Positions 38,767-48,951 of a stretch of 64,000 bases of DNA are shown one piece after another (position 1 is the first letter of the stretch; each line of letters opens with the position of its first letter). The translations under genes were made by a program, and so were the position numbers. The stretch is from an uncultured Verrucomicrobiae bacterium. GTDB taxonomy: Bacteria; Verrucomicrobiota; Verrucomicrobiia; Chthoniobacterales; JAFAMB01. The stretch covers positions 104,721-168,720 of the forward strand of contig CAVXLD010000013.1 in NCBI GenBank assembly GCA_963762565.1. Reading direction: 5' to 3'. A model generated the notes under the pieces. That model was given only the letters and a program-made list of their open reading frames with translations, made no database searches and had not been told where the DNA came from.

Positions 38767-39720
38767 ATGATTATCAAGATTATTGAACCGCTTGGCGAAT
38801 CAGAAGACGCGATCCGCGCTCGGATCGGGGATCTTCTTGATGAAGGCGGCCATCACCTGTTGATGTGTGACACCCGCGGCCTGGCTGATGCCGACGTGAT
38901 CAAGGTAATAAAGGACGCTGATATCCTCTTGCTTAGTAACCGGCCGCTTTCCGCGGATGTGATTAATGCGTGTCCCAAACTTAAGTTAATTTGTGTAGCG
39001 TTTACTGGTATTGATCATGTGGACCAAGGGGCGTGTAAGGCGCGCGGTATTATTCTCCATAATGCGGCAGGTTATGCTGTGCACGCGGTTAGCGAGTTGG
39101 CCATCGGTCTGATGATCGCACTGCTCCGGCGAATCATACCGGCCAACGCCAAGGCGCGCAGCGGCGGTACTAACGATGGTCTGGTCGGGCACGAACTGTT
39201 TGGGAAAACTCTGGGCGTGATCGGATGTGGCCATATTGGCTTGCAGGTGGCCCGTTTAGGCAATGCTTTTGGTTGTCAGGTGCTCGGTTTCGATCCGCAC
39301 GTAGTTAAGGTCGATGACGTAGAAGTGGAGCAAGTTCAGTTAGATGACCTGTTGAGCCGAAGCGATATTGTCACTTTGCATTTACCACTGATCCCCGAGA
39401 CCCGTGGCTTTGTTGGACGCGACCAGTTAACAAAAATGAAGCGATCCGCGATCCTCATCAATACGGCGCGCGGGCCAATCATCGACCAAGCAGCGTTGAT
39501 AGAAGCACTCAGCCAGAACCGGCTTGCCGGCGCCGGACTCGATGTATTCGACTTGGAACCGCCGCTGCCTGCGAATCACCCGATTTTGGCGGCGCCGAAC
39601 ACGGTGCTGACGCCTCACATCGGGTTCGAGACCGTCGAGGCCATGGCGGCAAAGGCAAATATCGCCCTCGGCCATTTAGAAGATTTTTTAAGGCAACAAT
39701 CGAAAGGAAAAAATTTATGA
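38767..39720 (+). CDS. D-isomer specific 2-hydroxyacid dehydrogenase
   Basis: GCGHIG, NTARG, DVFDLEP and TPHIG motifs. Confidence 0.92.
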   Translation: MIIKIIEPLGESEDAIRARIGDLLDEGGHHLLMCDTRGLADADVIKVIKDADILLLSNRPLSADVINACPKLKLICVAFTGIDHVDQGACKARGIILHNAAGYAVHAVSELAIGLMIALLRRIIPANAKARSGGTNDGLVGHELFGKTLGVIGCGHIGLQVARLGNAFGCQVLGFDPHVVKVDDVEVEQVQLDDLLSRSDIVTLHLPLIPETRGFVGRDQLTKMKRSAILINTARGPIIDQAALIEALSQNRLAGAGLDVFDLEPPLPANHPILAAPNTVLTPHIGFETVEAMAAKANIALGHLEDFLRQQSKGKNL

Positions 39721-40046
39721 AGCCCACAAGCGTTCGAAAGAAACACCCTTTTAATAGCGCATTTCTCGCGGTCCTGGCCGCGGTTTTGACGCTAATGCTC
39801 AATGCCGCTGCGGACCCAGTCAGCGACCTCCGGTCACTGTCGGCTCTGAAAGACTTGGACCTCTCCAGACTATCCGGAGGAAATGTGTCAGCGACTGGTG
39901 AACCTCTTGGCCGGTTCGCACGGGGGATGTCCGTACAAAGTGCCTACGTTGTTCGAGCTCCCGTCAGATCTACGGTCGTCCTTATCCAGCAATGGAATCC
40001 GACGCGGTATCCAAGGTTGCGGATTTATCTCGCCCCCGGTTGTTAA
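39717..40046 (+). pseudogene. Probably truncated secreted protein
   Basis: Signal peptide plus ~75 aa, then an abrupt end overlapping the next gene's signal-peptide region. Confidence 0.5.
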
Positions 40047-40972
40047 TCGCCCTTAGCCTGACCGCCCTTAATCTAGGCGTGTACAGTGCGGATGCCCAAA
40101 ATCTCGCGACGGCCCCGACCTTATCGACTGGAGGTGGAGTCTCGCAGAGCGGCAACTTGTCGACGTTCTCTTACGAATTCTCAACCGATGGCGCCTTTAT
40201 CGGTAGGGGCTCGGTCGACCTCGGCAACAAGACGGTTGGCATCTTTAAGGAGGTCACCAGCTCGGCGAATTTCGTGCTCTCTGACCAGATCTCGACTCCT
40301 TTTATTCTGCGGTTAGGTATCGACTGGGACCGGTTCGCTTTCAACACCACTAACCGGCTGACCCCGTTACCCGCTTCTGTCGACGCTCTGGACGCCGTCA
40401 TCGGGGGTGATATTCAGCTAACCTCGGCGTTATTGATCAGGATCGAGGCTCACCCGGGTATCTACGGCAGCTTCAACAGTGTTACCGGACGCGATTTTAA
40501 CGTCCCCATTCGGATTGGTGCATCTTACGTTGAAAGCTCTAATCTGATCTTCATAGCGGGTCTCAGTATCGACATAGATTCTGATTGGCCGGCGATTCCG
40601 GCAGTCGGTGTCTACTGGAAGGTGTCGGACCAATGGGTAATCAACGGCGTCGCTCCCCGGCCACAGCTGCAGTATGTCGTTTCCGATAAGCTAACCTTAT
40701 TTGTTGGAGCCGATCTGCAGACTGAGACCTTTCGGGTGGACAACGAGTTCGGCACATCCCGCGGTATACCAAAGTTAAATCACGCCATTTTGGACTTTTG
40801 GGAGATCAGAGGTGGCGCCGGTTTCACCTGGGCCATCACCGACGCAATCAAACTTGATCTCGAAGGGGGTGCCGTTCCCTATCGCCAGTTCGATTTTAAT
40901 CGAGCAGATTTCAATATGTCATCTTCCAGCTGGTCGCCGTATATTAGTCTCAGGCTTTCTGCCAGCTTTTGA
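39992..40972 (+). CDS. Outer-membrane beta-barrel protein (DUF6268-like); start uncertain
   Basis: Amphipathic beta strands; PAIPAVG..W and P.P motifs; C-terminal ISLRLSASF. Confidence 0.75.
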   Translation: MESDAVSKVADLSRPRLLIALSLTALNLGVYSADAQNLATAPTLSTGGGVSQSGNLSTFSYEFSTDGAFIGRGSVDLGNKTVGIFKEVTSSANFVLSDQISTPFILRLGIDWDRFAFNTTNRLTPLPASVDALDAVIGGDIQLTSALLIRIEAHPGIYGSFNSVTGRDFNVPIRIGASYVESSNLIFIAGLSIDIDSDWPAIPAVGVYWKVSDQWVINGVAPRPQLQYVVSDKLTLFVGADLQTETFRVDNEFGTSRGIPKLNHAILDFWEIRGGAGFTWAITDAIKLDLEGGAVPYRQFDFNRADFNMSSSSWSPYISLRLSASF

Positions 40973-41044
40973 GACCAACGGCGGTTCTTACGCGCCTTCT
41001 GCGTTTCCGACCTGCTGCGCGGATGCTTTGCGGACTTGGCGCGG

Positions 41045-41206
41045 TACTCCAACACTCCATCACTCCGCGTGGCCGGATTCGAGGACAGCCTGTCCGACGA
41101 AGCCTAAGCTCTATGTTGCCAACCGCTCGAAGTCGGCCTCGCAAGCGAGGCGCGCTCCACAATCAGGACGTTGGCGAAGTCGGAATGACGACGAGAACGA
41201 AGCGCC
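41045..41206. repeat. Nested composite repeat, copy 2
   Basis: Matches 4897-5065. Confidence 0.8.
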
Positions 41207-41313
41207 TTGTGAGCGACAGACAGCCGTTCAGACAGTGGTTACGGCTGTCCAAACAAAAATGCTCCTCCGTGCGGATTTTGACATTCCATTAACGAACCCG
41301 AAGCTACCAAAAA

Positions 41314-42126
41314 ATGTCTACGATCCTTTTACAGGTTAACGGAATTTCACTGCACGTTGAGGATCTTGGCAGCGGTAAGCCGGTGCTCTTGCTCCACGGG
41401 TGGCCGGACTCGGCGTATCTTTGGCGTAACCAGATCCCGTTTCTGGTCAAGAACGGCTTCCGCGTAATCGCGCCGGACTCGCGTGGCTTGGGACGTTCCG
41501 CTCGCCCGGAGGGAGTGGCTGCGTATGCCGTGCAAAACTCGGTCAGTGATGTAGTCGGCATTCTTGACGCGCTTGGTGTCGACACCGCGGATGTCGTGGG
41601 CCACGACTGGGGAGCGGCCGTTGCTTGGTTCACGGCGTCGGTTCACCCGAATCGCGTTTGCAGGCTCGTCGTTCTTTCGGTGCCACATCCGCTCGTACCG
41701 CCCACGCTGCGGCAGCGGGAGATGGCTTGGTACCAGCTGTTCTTCCAGTTTGAGGGAATCGCGGAAGCTTGGCTACAGCAGGACAATTGGGCGCTGTTCC
41801 GGCAGTGGAGCCGAGGCAACGGTGATATCGATCGTCATATCTCGGATTTGTCGCGGCCGGGGGCCCTGACCGCATCGCTTAACTGGTACCGGGCAAACCT
41901 CGCGCCACGCATGCCGGGGTCACCCCGTGAGCTGCCGCCGGTACAGGCTGCAACACTTGGCATCTGGTCCACAAATGATCACTACCTCGACGGCGAGCGC
42001 GTGCAGATGTCGAATCGCTTCGTGAAAGGACCCTGGCGCTACGAGCAGATAGATGGAGCCAGCCACTGGATTCCGCTGGATGCATGCGACCGGCTGAACC
42101 AGCTCCTCATCGAGTGGCTGCGCTGA
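41314..42126 (+). CDS. Alpha/beta hydrolase (epoxide hydrolase-like)
   Basis: HGWP, GHDWG, LNWYRAN and ASHW motifs. Confidence 0.9.
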   Translation: MSTILLQVNGISLHVEDLGSGKPVLLLHGWPDSAYLWRNQIPFLVKNGFRVIAPDSRGLGRSARPEGVAAYAVQNSVSDVVGILDALGVDTADVVGHDWGAAVAWFTASVHPNRVCRLVVLSVPHPLVPPTLRQREMAWYQLFFQFEGIAEAWLQQDNWALFRQWSRGNGDIDRHISDLSRPGALTASLNWYRANLAPRMPGSPRELPPVQAATLGIWSTNDHYLDGERVQMSNRFVKGPWRYEQIDGASHWIPLDACDRLNQLLIEWLR

Positions 42127-42129
42127 TCG

Positions 42130-42268
42130 TTGCCGCCGCAGCAAGGCGTGAATGGGAATCCACCCTCTCCCGATCAACTGCAGCACTTCGTTCTCACCAG
42201 CAACCGTTATGGTTATTGGTTAGCAACTCCAGAAGAGAATGCTGCAGCCGGAATTTCGCTTTTTTTAA
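42130..42268 (+). pseudogene. Orphan C-terminal gene fragment (resembles tails of cupin-type proteins)
   Basis: PPSPDQLQHFVLTSNRYGYWLATPEENAAAGI reads as protein-like but has no N-terminus; family assignment from recall. Confidence 0.4.
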
Positions 42269-42841
42269 CTACCGGACAGCCCTCGCGATTTGCAGGCTCA
42301 GTTTTAATACCGCTTCACTTAACAGCGCGACCATTCGCGCGTCGTCTCCCAGTTTCCAGCCGGAACGACGGATTGAGAAGGAATTGGTTGCCACCGTCGT
42401 GCCGCTGGAGGAGGCAATGCGCCACGTGCCGGCCACGATGACATCTCCGGTTTGATGTCCTTCGAAGTGGGTGATCCGAATGATCACATCCAGTGTGTGA
42501 GCGGGCGGCCGCTGGGCTGGCCGAAAACCCATAGCAGGTATCTCAGCGCCGCTCAGGTTCGCCGCGACGGCGTCCGCGATCGTTTCATCTAAAGGCGCCG
42601 CCCATAAACCCCTAGGCGAGTACCGGACCTCGTTCCCCTCCATGCTTGCCAGGTTCCTCCTCGCGAGATCAGCCGGTACCTCGACTTTTTCGACGTAGAT
42701 CTTTATCGGCCCCGACTGCGCCGGGCCTCCTTGGATCCCGAGTACGTAATAGGTCAGCGACGGCCGTGTTGTTGCGCACCCCAGCGGAAGCCCGGCGCAC
42801 AGCATCAGAGCTGTTGGCCAGATCAGTGGAGCGTGCTTCAC
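42269..42841 (-). CDS. PqiC-like ABC auxiliary lipoprotein
   Basis: Lipobox PLGC; YYVL, WAAPL and FEG motifs; GTG at 42841 (longer ORF call is in repeats). Confidence 0.78.
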   Translation of the reverse strand: MKHAPLIWPTALMLCAGLPLGCATTRPSLTYYVLGIQGGPAQSGPIKIYVEKVEVPADLARRNLASMEGNEVRYSPRGLWAAPLDETIADAVAANLSGAEIPAMGFRPAQRPPAHTLDVIIRITHFEGHQTGDVIVAGTWRIASSSGTTVATNSFSIRRSGWKLGDDARMVALLSEAVLKLSLQIARAVR

Positions 42842-43144
42842 TGGGCGCTTCGTTCTCGTCCTCGTCCTCGAATCCGGTCGAGCGGAGTGATGGAATACCG
42901 GAGTGATGGAGGAGTGCGTCCGCGCCCGTGGGGTCGCCGATCCGGTCGAAACCGTGGAGCGCTGCCTCGCTTGCGAGGCCGTGGTGAACAGGGGTGATAT
43001 TGTGCCAGGCGCGTCGTCTGGCTGCGCGCCAGCCTGTGCTCGAGGGCAGACCTCGCGCAATAGAGCACCGACCGAAATAGGGTTGGCATCACGAAGTTCC
43101 CTGCTCACCACGGCCTCGCGAGCGGGGCAGCGCTCCAAAAGTGG

Positions 43145-43570
43145 CTAAGACAAAAATTTCGTGGTCAGAGTGATGTTGGCCTTAAGTACGCGTGAGACCG
43201 GACAACCGGCTTTCGCCTGATTCGCGATTTCTTCAAACTTGGCCGCATCAAGGCCTGGAACCCGGCCAGTCAAATCCAGGTGGACTGCCGTAATGGTCCA
43301 GTTGCTCTCGACTTGTTCCAACGTGAGCGTCGCTTCAGTCGTGAGTTCTTCGGGTGTGAAGCCGGCGCCACCCAGAAACGCGGATAACGCCATGGTGAAG
43401 CAACCGGCGTGAGCAGCCGCTATGAGTTCTTCGGGATTCGTTCCAATACCGCTCTCAAATCGCGTCGAGAACGAGTATTGGGTTTTGTTTAAGACGCCGC
43501 TTTGCGTGGAAAGCGTGCCCTGGCCCTTCTTGAGGTCTCCTTGCCAAACTGCGGATGCTGTACGATTCAT
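43145..43570 (-). CDS. osmC: OsmC peroxiredoxin
   Basis: GTNPEELIAAAHAGCF and CPVS motifs. Confidence 0.95.
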   Translation of the reverse strand: MNRTASAVWQGDLKKGQGTLSTQSGVLNKTQYSFSTRFESGIGTNPEELIAAAHAGCFTMALSAFLGGAGFTPEELTTEATLTLEQVESNWTITAVHLDLTGRVPGLDAAKFEEIANQAKAGCPVSRVLKANITLTTKFLS

Positions 43571-43716
43571 ATTGGTTTTGTCTGGTTAGATATCGGTCGA
43601 ACCATGAGGATTCGATTTTCGAGGCATACTACACCGAGATGTGTGCCGCAAAAGTGTCTTCGTCATCCTCAACGGAAAATAAATCATGGATGCAGGTGAT
43701 CCAATTCGGGCAGGGG

Positions 43717-46700
43717 CTATGATTTTAAGCCGCTTCGCGGCGGCGCCAACCTTCCAACTAGGGACAACCATCGCCAGATCCGTGACACTCGTGGAACAAT
43801 GACCTCAATAGTCGTGCCACTGCCCGGGCAACTGGTGATCCGGATCCTACCGCCGAGTCGTCGGACGCGTTCCTCGATTCCAACAAGGCCCAGTCCACCC
43901 GACATCCCGCTTTCGTCCGGAGCGGTCTTGATCGATCCGCCGCACGGCTTGTAGTCAAATCCAATTCCGTCATCGCGAAGGCAAAGCCGCAGCTCCTCTG
44001 GTCGGTAATTCAATTCTAGATCGAACTGGCTCGCCCTGGCGTGTTTCAACGTGTTGGTGAGAGATTCCTCAGCAATTCGCACTAGAGCTTGCTCACAATC
44101 GGACCCGATTCGGTATGGTGCGCCCAGGACTTTAAGTTGGCAGCATAGTCGTGTGCCATCCGCGGTTCGGTTCAGAACCGCCTCTAATGCGGATGGCAAG
44201 GACACACTGGTCTCGAATACCCCTGAGCGCAGTGCTCGCATAGCGAGGCGCGTTTCCTTCAGGTTCTCACGCGCCAATTTGGACACGTCATCAAGGCTTT
44301 CGAGCACCGGATCGAAATGCATTTTCTTGGCAAGACTCTTGGTTGCTTCAAGCCGCCAGACGAGTCCAACCGTGCCTCTTGCCACGGTGTCATGTAGCTC
44401 GCGCGCCAACCGGGTCCGTTCTTCCAGTATCTGTTGCAGCCGCCACCGCCAAAGAAGCCAGACGGCCAGAATGAATGCCCCGGCGCACAAAAGGGCAAAC
44501 CAGATTGTCTGGTAAAAATGTGGTTGCACAACTATGGTCGTGGAGGCAGCAGCTTCTTCCGGAACCCAAAGTCCGTCATTGTTACAAGCAACGACTCTGA
44601 ACCGGTAGGTACCAGGAGCGAGATTTGTGTAGTAGGCTTCCGCGTTCGTTCCTGCATCGATCCAATCTTTATCGAACCCATCCAGCCTATATTTGAATCG
44701 AACCTTCTCAGGCGCTGTAAAACTTAATCCGGCATAGTCGAATTCCAAATAATGAGCGCCGGGACCGAGCTGGACGACTTGGTTTCCCGCTCGGATTGGG
44801 AGGACGTGGATTAGGTCGGCAACGACCCGCTCAATTTGTACCGCGGGTAGCAGGGAATTGAATTGCAAATGGTTAGGATCGATCACAGCCAGCCCGGCGA
44901 TCGTTCCAAACGCAAGCCGGCCATCGGGTAATCGGCACCCGGCAGGAAAATAAACGTTGCTACAGTCTGGAGATTTGAGACCATCAGCTTTTCCGAAAGC
45001 CCGGCAATTAACCGAAGAGCGTTTCCCATCGAAAAACTCATTCAACGCGTGCTTCGAAACACAAAAGATCCCGCGTGAGCCGCTCGACCAGAGGTTGCCA
45101 TTGTCATCCTCCAGAAGACAAAAGAATTCTGGTGCAAGTATTCTTTCGTCGGGTCGAAACGCGACAAGAGCCCATTTTCCGGCCTTCAACCGGTAGAGCC
45201 CGTTTACTCCGCCGGCCCAAACCGTCCCGTCCGAATCGTCGTACGTTGAAAGGATCGTAGTTTTCGACAGCATTTCGGCGTTCACGCCTGGGATGCTGAT
45301 CGTTGAATCTTGAAGTACGTCGACCTCGGGGGTTTCGCCAATCCAAGCTCTTTCCTCACGATCGATGGTTAGCGAAAAAATCGAGCGATTCCGCAGCCCA
45401 TCTGCGGAAGTAAACGTTCTTACCAGTTGGCCATTGCGAAACACTTGGAGACCGGCGCCGGCCGTACCGACGAGGAGATCTCCGGCACGGTTGTTGCAGA
45501 TCCCCATTGCGTAGCCCGGGCCACCCTCTCTATTTAACGCCGCTACCCGCTGGTCTTGACCATTCTGCAACCGATGCAACCCACCATCCCTAGTGCCAAA
45601 CCAGACCATTCCATGAGGATCCTCGTACAAGGAAGTCACTTCCATCGATGAAGCTGGCTCTCCCTCCGACCCCAGCGATATGCGCTCAATTGTGCCGTTC
45701 TTAAGGCAAGCTAAACCACCGCTTGTCCCGATCCAGATCCGTCCCTCGCTACCGGCTGCGACAGTGCCAACGTTGTCACTAGGGAGTCCGTCACGCGTGG
45801 CGTAAGTAATGACTCTGACATCAGAGAGTCGTTCAAGTCCTTCGCTTGTCGCCAGCCAGATATTCCCTTCTCGATCTTCGAAGATTTGCTGGATATTTGG
45901 CAGAGGCCGCCCATTTTCTGGCGGCAATTGACTCAACTGATCGGTACCCGGCTCAATCCGCCACAAGCCACCACCAGCGATGCTCGCCCATATCATACCG
46001 TGCGAGTCAGTCATTAGGGTCTGGATCGAGAGTCGGCCCAGGTCGTTGGGAATCGGTTGAAAGATGCCGTTCTCAAGCCGAGCCAGACCGAGGCCAGTCC
46101 CAGCCCAAAGGCGGCCCTTCGAATCGACGCACAGGCCGTAAACCTCATTAGCAGGTAAGCCATCGATCTTAGAAAATCTCCGTATCTCACCAGATTTCCT
46201 ATCGATTCGATCGACCCCAGATGCTGTGGCAACCCAGACCGCACCATCGTTGGTTTCGCTGAACGCGTAAACCTGATGACGTGCCAAATCCAAAGACCCT
46301 GCGTAGGTCGAAAAGCGGTTCTCTTTGAACTGGAGCAAGCCGTAATTTTCGGTTCCAACCCAAAGTATTCCCTCTTTGTCCAGAAAAAGAGGCTGCAGCG
46401 GATCGTCCGGTACACCATCTTTATTGCCGAACCGCTTAAACTCACCGTTTGGCAGCCGGCAGTACATCGCTTTCCAAGAGCTGATCCATAACTCGCCGGA
46501 AGACCCCAGAAGTAGTGAATAAACATCAAGCGGCAGCTCGATGTTGGCCTGAATGTCCTTTCCCACATCGAACTTCTTGCCGTCGAATCGAATTAGACCA
46601 TGCACAAACCTAAGCCAAAGAAAGCCGTCCTGGGTCTGAGCAATGCCTGCAGTCACGTTCTGGGGAAGCCCCTGATCCTGATCCCAACGAACCAATCGGT

Positions 46701-46890
46701 ACTGGCCTAGCGACCGGCCAGGGTCCAGAGCAAAAGTAGTACTCAGCAGAGGAATTGACACCATTAACCAAAACGCTAGAGCCCGAAAGCTACACAAACG
46801 CCTCGTTCGATATCTTGTTAGCTTGAAACCGAAGGCCGAATCATAAGCACGGAGCTCAGATTTCAGTGGCAGAGTTGACTCTGATTTCAT
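43717..46890 (-). CDS. Sensor histidine kinase with periplasmic beta-propeller (Reg_prop) repeats, Y_Y_Y domain, TM, HisKA_3 and HATPase
   Basis: D..G.LW.GT repeats, YTNLAPGTY.F.V, ERTRLARELHD, DDGIG and GLGLVG motifs. Confidence 0.93.
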   Translation of the reverse strand: MKSESTLPLKSELRAYDSAFGFKLTRYRTRRLCSFRALAFWLMVSIPLLSTTFALDPGRSLGQYRLVRWDQDQGLPQNVTAGIAQTQDGFLWLRFVHGLIRFDGKKFDVGKDIQANIELPLDVYSLLLGSSGELWISSWKAMYCRLPNGEFKRFGNKDGVPDDPLQPLFLDKEGILWVGTENYGLLQFKENRFSTYAGSLDLARHQVYAFSETNDGAVWVATASGVDRIDRKSGEIRRFSKIDGLPANEVYGLCVDSKGRLWAGTGLGLARLENGIFQPIPNDLGRLSIQTLMTDSHGMIWASIAGGGLWRIEPGTDQLSQLPPENGRPLPNIQQIFEDREGNIWLATSEGLERLSDVRVITYATRDGLPSDNVGTVAAGSEGRIWIGTSGGLACLKNGTIERISLGSEGEPASSMEVTSLYEDPHGMVWFGTRDGGLHRLQNGQDQRVAALNREGGPGYAMGICNNRAGDLLVGTAGAGLQVFRNGQLVRTFTSADGLRNRSIFSLTIDREERAWIGETPEVDVLQDSTISIPGVNAEMLSKTTILSTYDDSDGTVWAGGVNGLYRLKAGKWALVAFRPDERILAPEFFCLLEDDNGNLWSSGSRGIFCVSKHALNEFFDGKRSSVNCRAFGKADGLKSPDCSNVYFPAGCRLPDGRLAFGTIAGLAVIDPNHLQFNSLLPAVQIERVVADLIHVLPIRAGNQVVQLGPGAHYLEFDYAGLSFTAPEKVRFKYRLDGFDKDWIDAGTNAEAYYTNLAPGTYRFRVVACNNDGLWVPEEAAASTTIVVQPHFYQTIWFALLCAGAFILAVWLLWRWRLQQILEERTRLARELHDTVARGTVGLVWRLEATKSLAKKMHFDPVLESLDDVSKLARENLKETRLAMRALRSGVFETSVSLPSALEAVLNRTADGTRLCCQLKVLGAPYRIGSDCEQALVRIAEESLTNTLKHARASQFDLELNYRPEELRLCLRDDGIGFDYKPCGGSIKTAPDESGMSGGLGLVGIEERVRRLGGRIRITSCPGSGTTIEVIVPRVSRIWRWLSLVGRLAPPRSGLKS

Positions 46891-47134
46891 TTGGCCAATT
46901 CCCCTGGGGTACGTCAGAAAGCTTGGCTCGAAACAGCGGTCGATGTCCTTGAGTGGTCTTTAAGCTGAATTAGCGCAATAGAAAAGTCACTTTCCGAGGA
47001 GCTCGACGAGTTCACCTGAGGCTCCCCCTGAATAGCAGATAGCAAATAGCAAATCATCCAGCGCTCGGTAGCTCTAGTGCCCTTTTTCCATGTGTTATTT
47101 GCTATTCTGAACGAGCCTAAGCAAGTTCAGCTCG

Positions 47135-47215
47135 CTCCCTCTAAAGACAGAGGACCATTTAGTCCGCCTGCGGGCCGTTACCCTCTCTCATCGGGCCAAC
47201 TTTTTTCCTATCTTA
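47135..47215 (+). promoter_or_regulatory. Conserved promoter module (operator palindrome, CTC...CGG element, TATCTTA)
   Basis: CTCCCTCTAAAGACAGAG is 16/18 identical to the minus-strand site at 53700-53717; downstream elements have the same spacing. Confidence 0.6.
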
Positions 47216-47277
47216 CGTCGTATGGCAGCGATCGAATCAACAAACGATTTTGTACACGTAAATCAACTTACATCGAA

Positions 47278-47505
47278 ATGAACTACGCGATTAAATCATT
47301 ATTGAATAGCAAGCACGGTCTCCAAGTCATGCTGATGGCGCCGGTACTGGGCATCTTGGCCTTTACCGGATGCTCCCACATTGACGGTACGGCTCAAAAG
47401 CAGCCATTAAAGAAAAACAGAGTAGCCGTCTACTCCGAATGGAGCCAAACGGAAGCACAAGCGGCTGATTCTAATCCGGATCCGGGATATGAATGGTTTT
47501 ACTAA
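47278..47505 (+). CDS. Small lipoprotein (75 aa) ending in DPGYEWFY
   Basis: Hydrophobic region with lipobox FTGC; C-terminus identical to that of the YHS protein. Confidence 0.7.
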   Translation: MNYAIKSLLNSKHGLQVMLMAPVLGILAFTGCSHIDGTAQKQPLKKNRVAVYSEWSQTEAQAADSNPDPGYEWFY

Positions 47506-47700
47506 GCGAATAGGCGCAGTCGAACGCGGCGGAAAGGCTACAGAGCGGCTCCCTCGAAAGAGGCAAAGCGGCATTCCTCATGCCTCTTACCATGACCCTC
47601 TCGTCGGTGGCGGATATTTTCCTGTCGTAAGCCGTATAGCGGCTTTGGAACTAACAACCGAATCTGTACCCCTAGTTAACGACTAACAAACTCGACTACT

Positions 47701-48609
47701 ATGGAAGAATCCACATTGGCCACCCGATCAGCAATATCCGGTAGAAAGAAGGCACGGCCGCTGCCCGAGGCCGGACGATTAAGCAAAACTGCTGCCCCGG
47801 GTGGAGATTATGTTCTTGGCCATTCGCAAAGAGAGATTCGCCGTTTGACGACGCAGGCAGCCATACTGAATCCCATTACCGAGCGTCTCATGCGTAACAC
47901 GAGAGTCGGCCCCGGGATGCGAGTGCTTGATTTGGGTTGTGGCGCCGGCGATGTTTCTATGCTGGCTGCGGAGCTCGTCGGGTCAACCGGCTCGGTAGTT
48001 GGGATTGATCGAAACAAGGATGTTCTTGCTGTAGCGGCTGAGCGGGCTCGACTAGCGGGATTCCCACAAATTCACTTTGAGCAAGCGTCGGCTGAGACCT
48101 TCTGGTCGGGTGAACCTTTCGATCTGGTGATCGGCAGATACGTTTTGATCCATCAGTCCGATCCGGCTGGACTCCTGCGAGGCGCGGCACGCCTGGTTAG
48201 ACGCGGAGGGTCGATCGCTTTCCATGAGATTCGACTGAACGAAATCCTTAATTCGTCGCCATACGTTCCGCTCTGGCAGCTGACGGGAAGCCTCATCGAG
48301 ATGGCATGTCATTCTGCATTGCCGCACTACGATGTGAGCGACCGGCTAATCGAATGTTTCTCCGAAGCCGGCTTACCGCAGCCTGACCTATTCTCTGAGA
48401 CCCCCGTTGGCGGCGGTGTTGATTCGCCTCTCTACGCTTGGGCCGCCGAAACTCTGAATAGCTTTCGCCCGCAACTTACAAAAATGGGGATCGCGTCAAG
48501 TGGATTCACTGGTGTTGAAACACTTGCGAGGAGCCTGAGAGCAGCCGTCGTCGATGCCCGCAGCCAGATTACAGCGCCCCGGCAAGTCTGTGCATGGGTA
48601 ACGGTCTGA
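47701..48609 (+). CDS. Class I SAM-dependent methyltransferase
   Basis: YVLG...E..RL..QA, VLDLGCGAGD and FDLVIGR motifs. Confidence 0.9.
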   Translation: MEESTLATRSAISGRKKARPLPEAGRLSKTAAPGGDYVLGHSQREIRRLTTQAAILNPITERLMRNTRVGPGMRVLDLGCGAGDVSMLAAELVGSTGSVVGIDRNKDVLAVAAERARLAGFPQIHFEQASAETFWSGEPFDLVIGRYVLIHQSDPAGLLRGAARLVRRGGSIAFHEIRLNEILNSSPYVPLWQLTGSLIEMACHSALPHYDVSDRLIECFSEAGLPQPDLFSETPVGGGVDSPLYAWAAETLNSFRPQLTKMGIASSGFTGVETLARSLRAAVVDARSQITAPRQVCAWVTV

Positions 48610-48706
48610 CCACGGGCGAAGTAGGGAGTAATGAATGGGTATCGAAACCGTCCAGCCGCGAAGCGGTAAGTTCGACAGCTGCTTAGACTACCGCGGGTCA
48701 CAGCTT

Positions 48707-48901
48707 CTACGTGATCTTTCGTTGCCTGGCGGGCACGGCCGAGAACAGCGGGATGAGCCCCTCTAGCATCGTGGGGTGCGTGAAGATAGCGTCACGCAAC
48801 AGGGTATAGGGCAGTCCCGCAAGCATCGCGACCTGGACGACTGCGATGATTTCTCCTGCTTCCGCTCCGAGAGCAGTGAACCCCAGAATGCGATCACTCT
48901 G
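48707..48901 (-). pseudogene. C-terminal remnant of a mercuric-reductase-like oxidoreductase
   Basis: SDRILGFTALG.EAGEIIA.VQVAMLAGLPYT.LRDAIFTHPTMLEGLIPLFSAV is near-identical to the end of 33040-34434. Confidence 0.85.
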
Positions 48902-48951
48902 CAAATTCTCTTTCCATAGCGACCGGCTCCGATCGACATTTTCGCCCCGGC

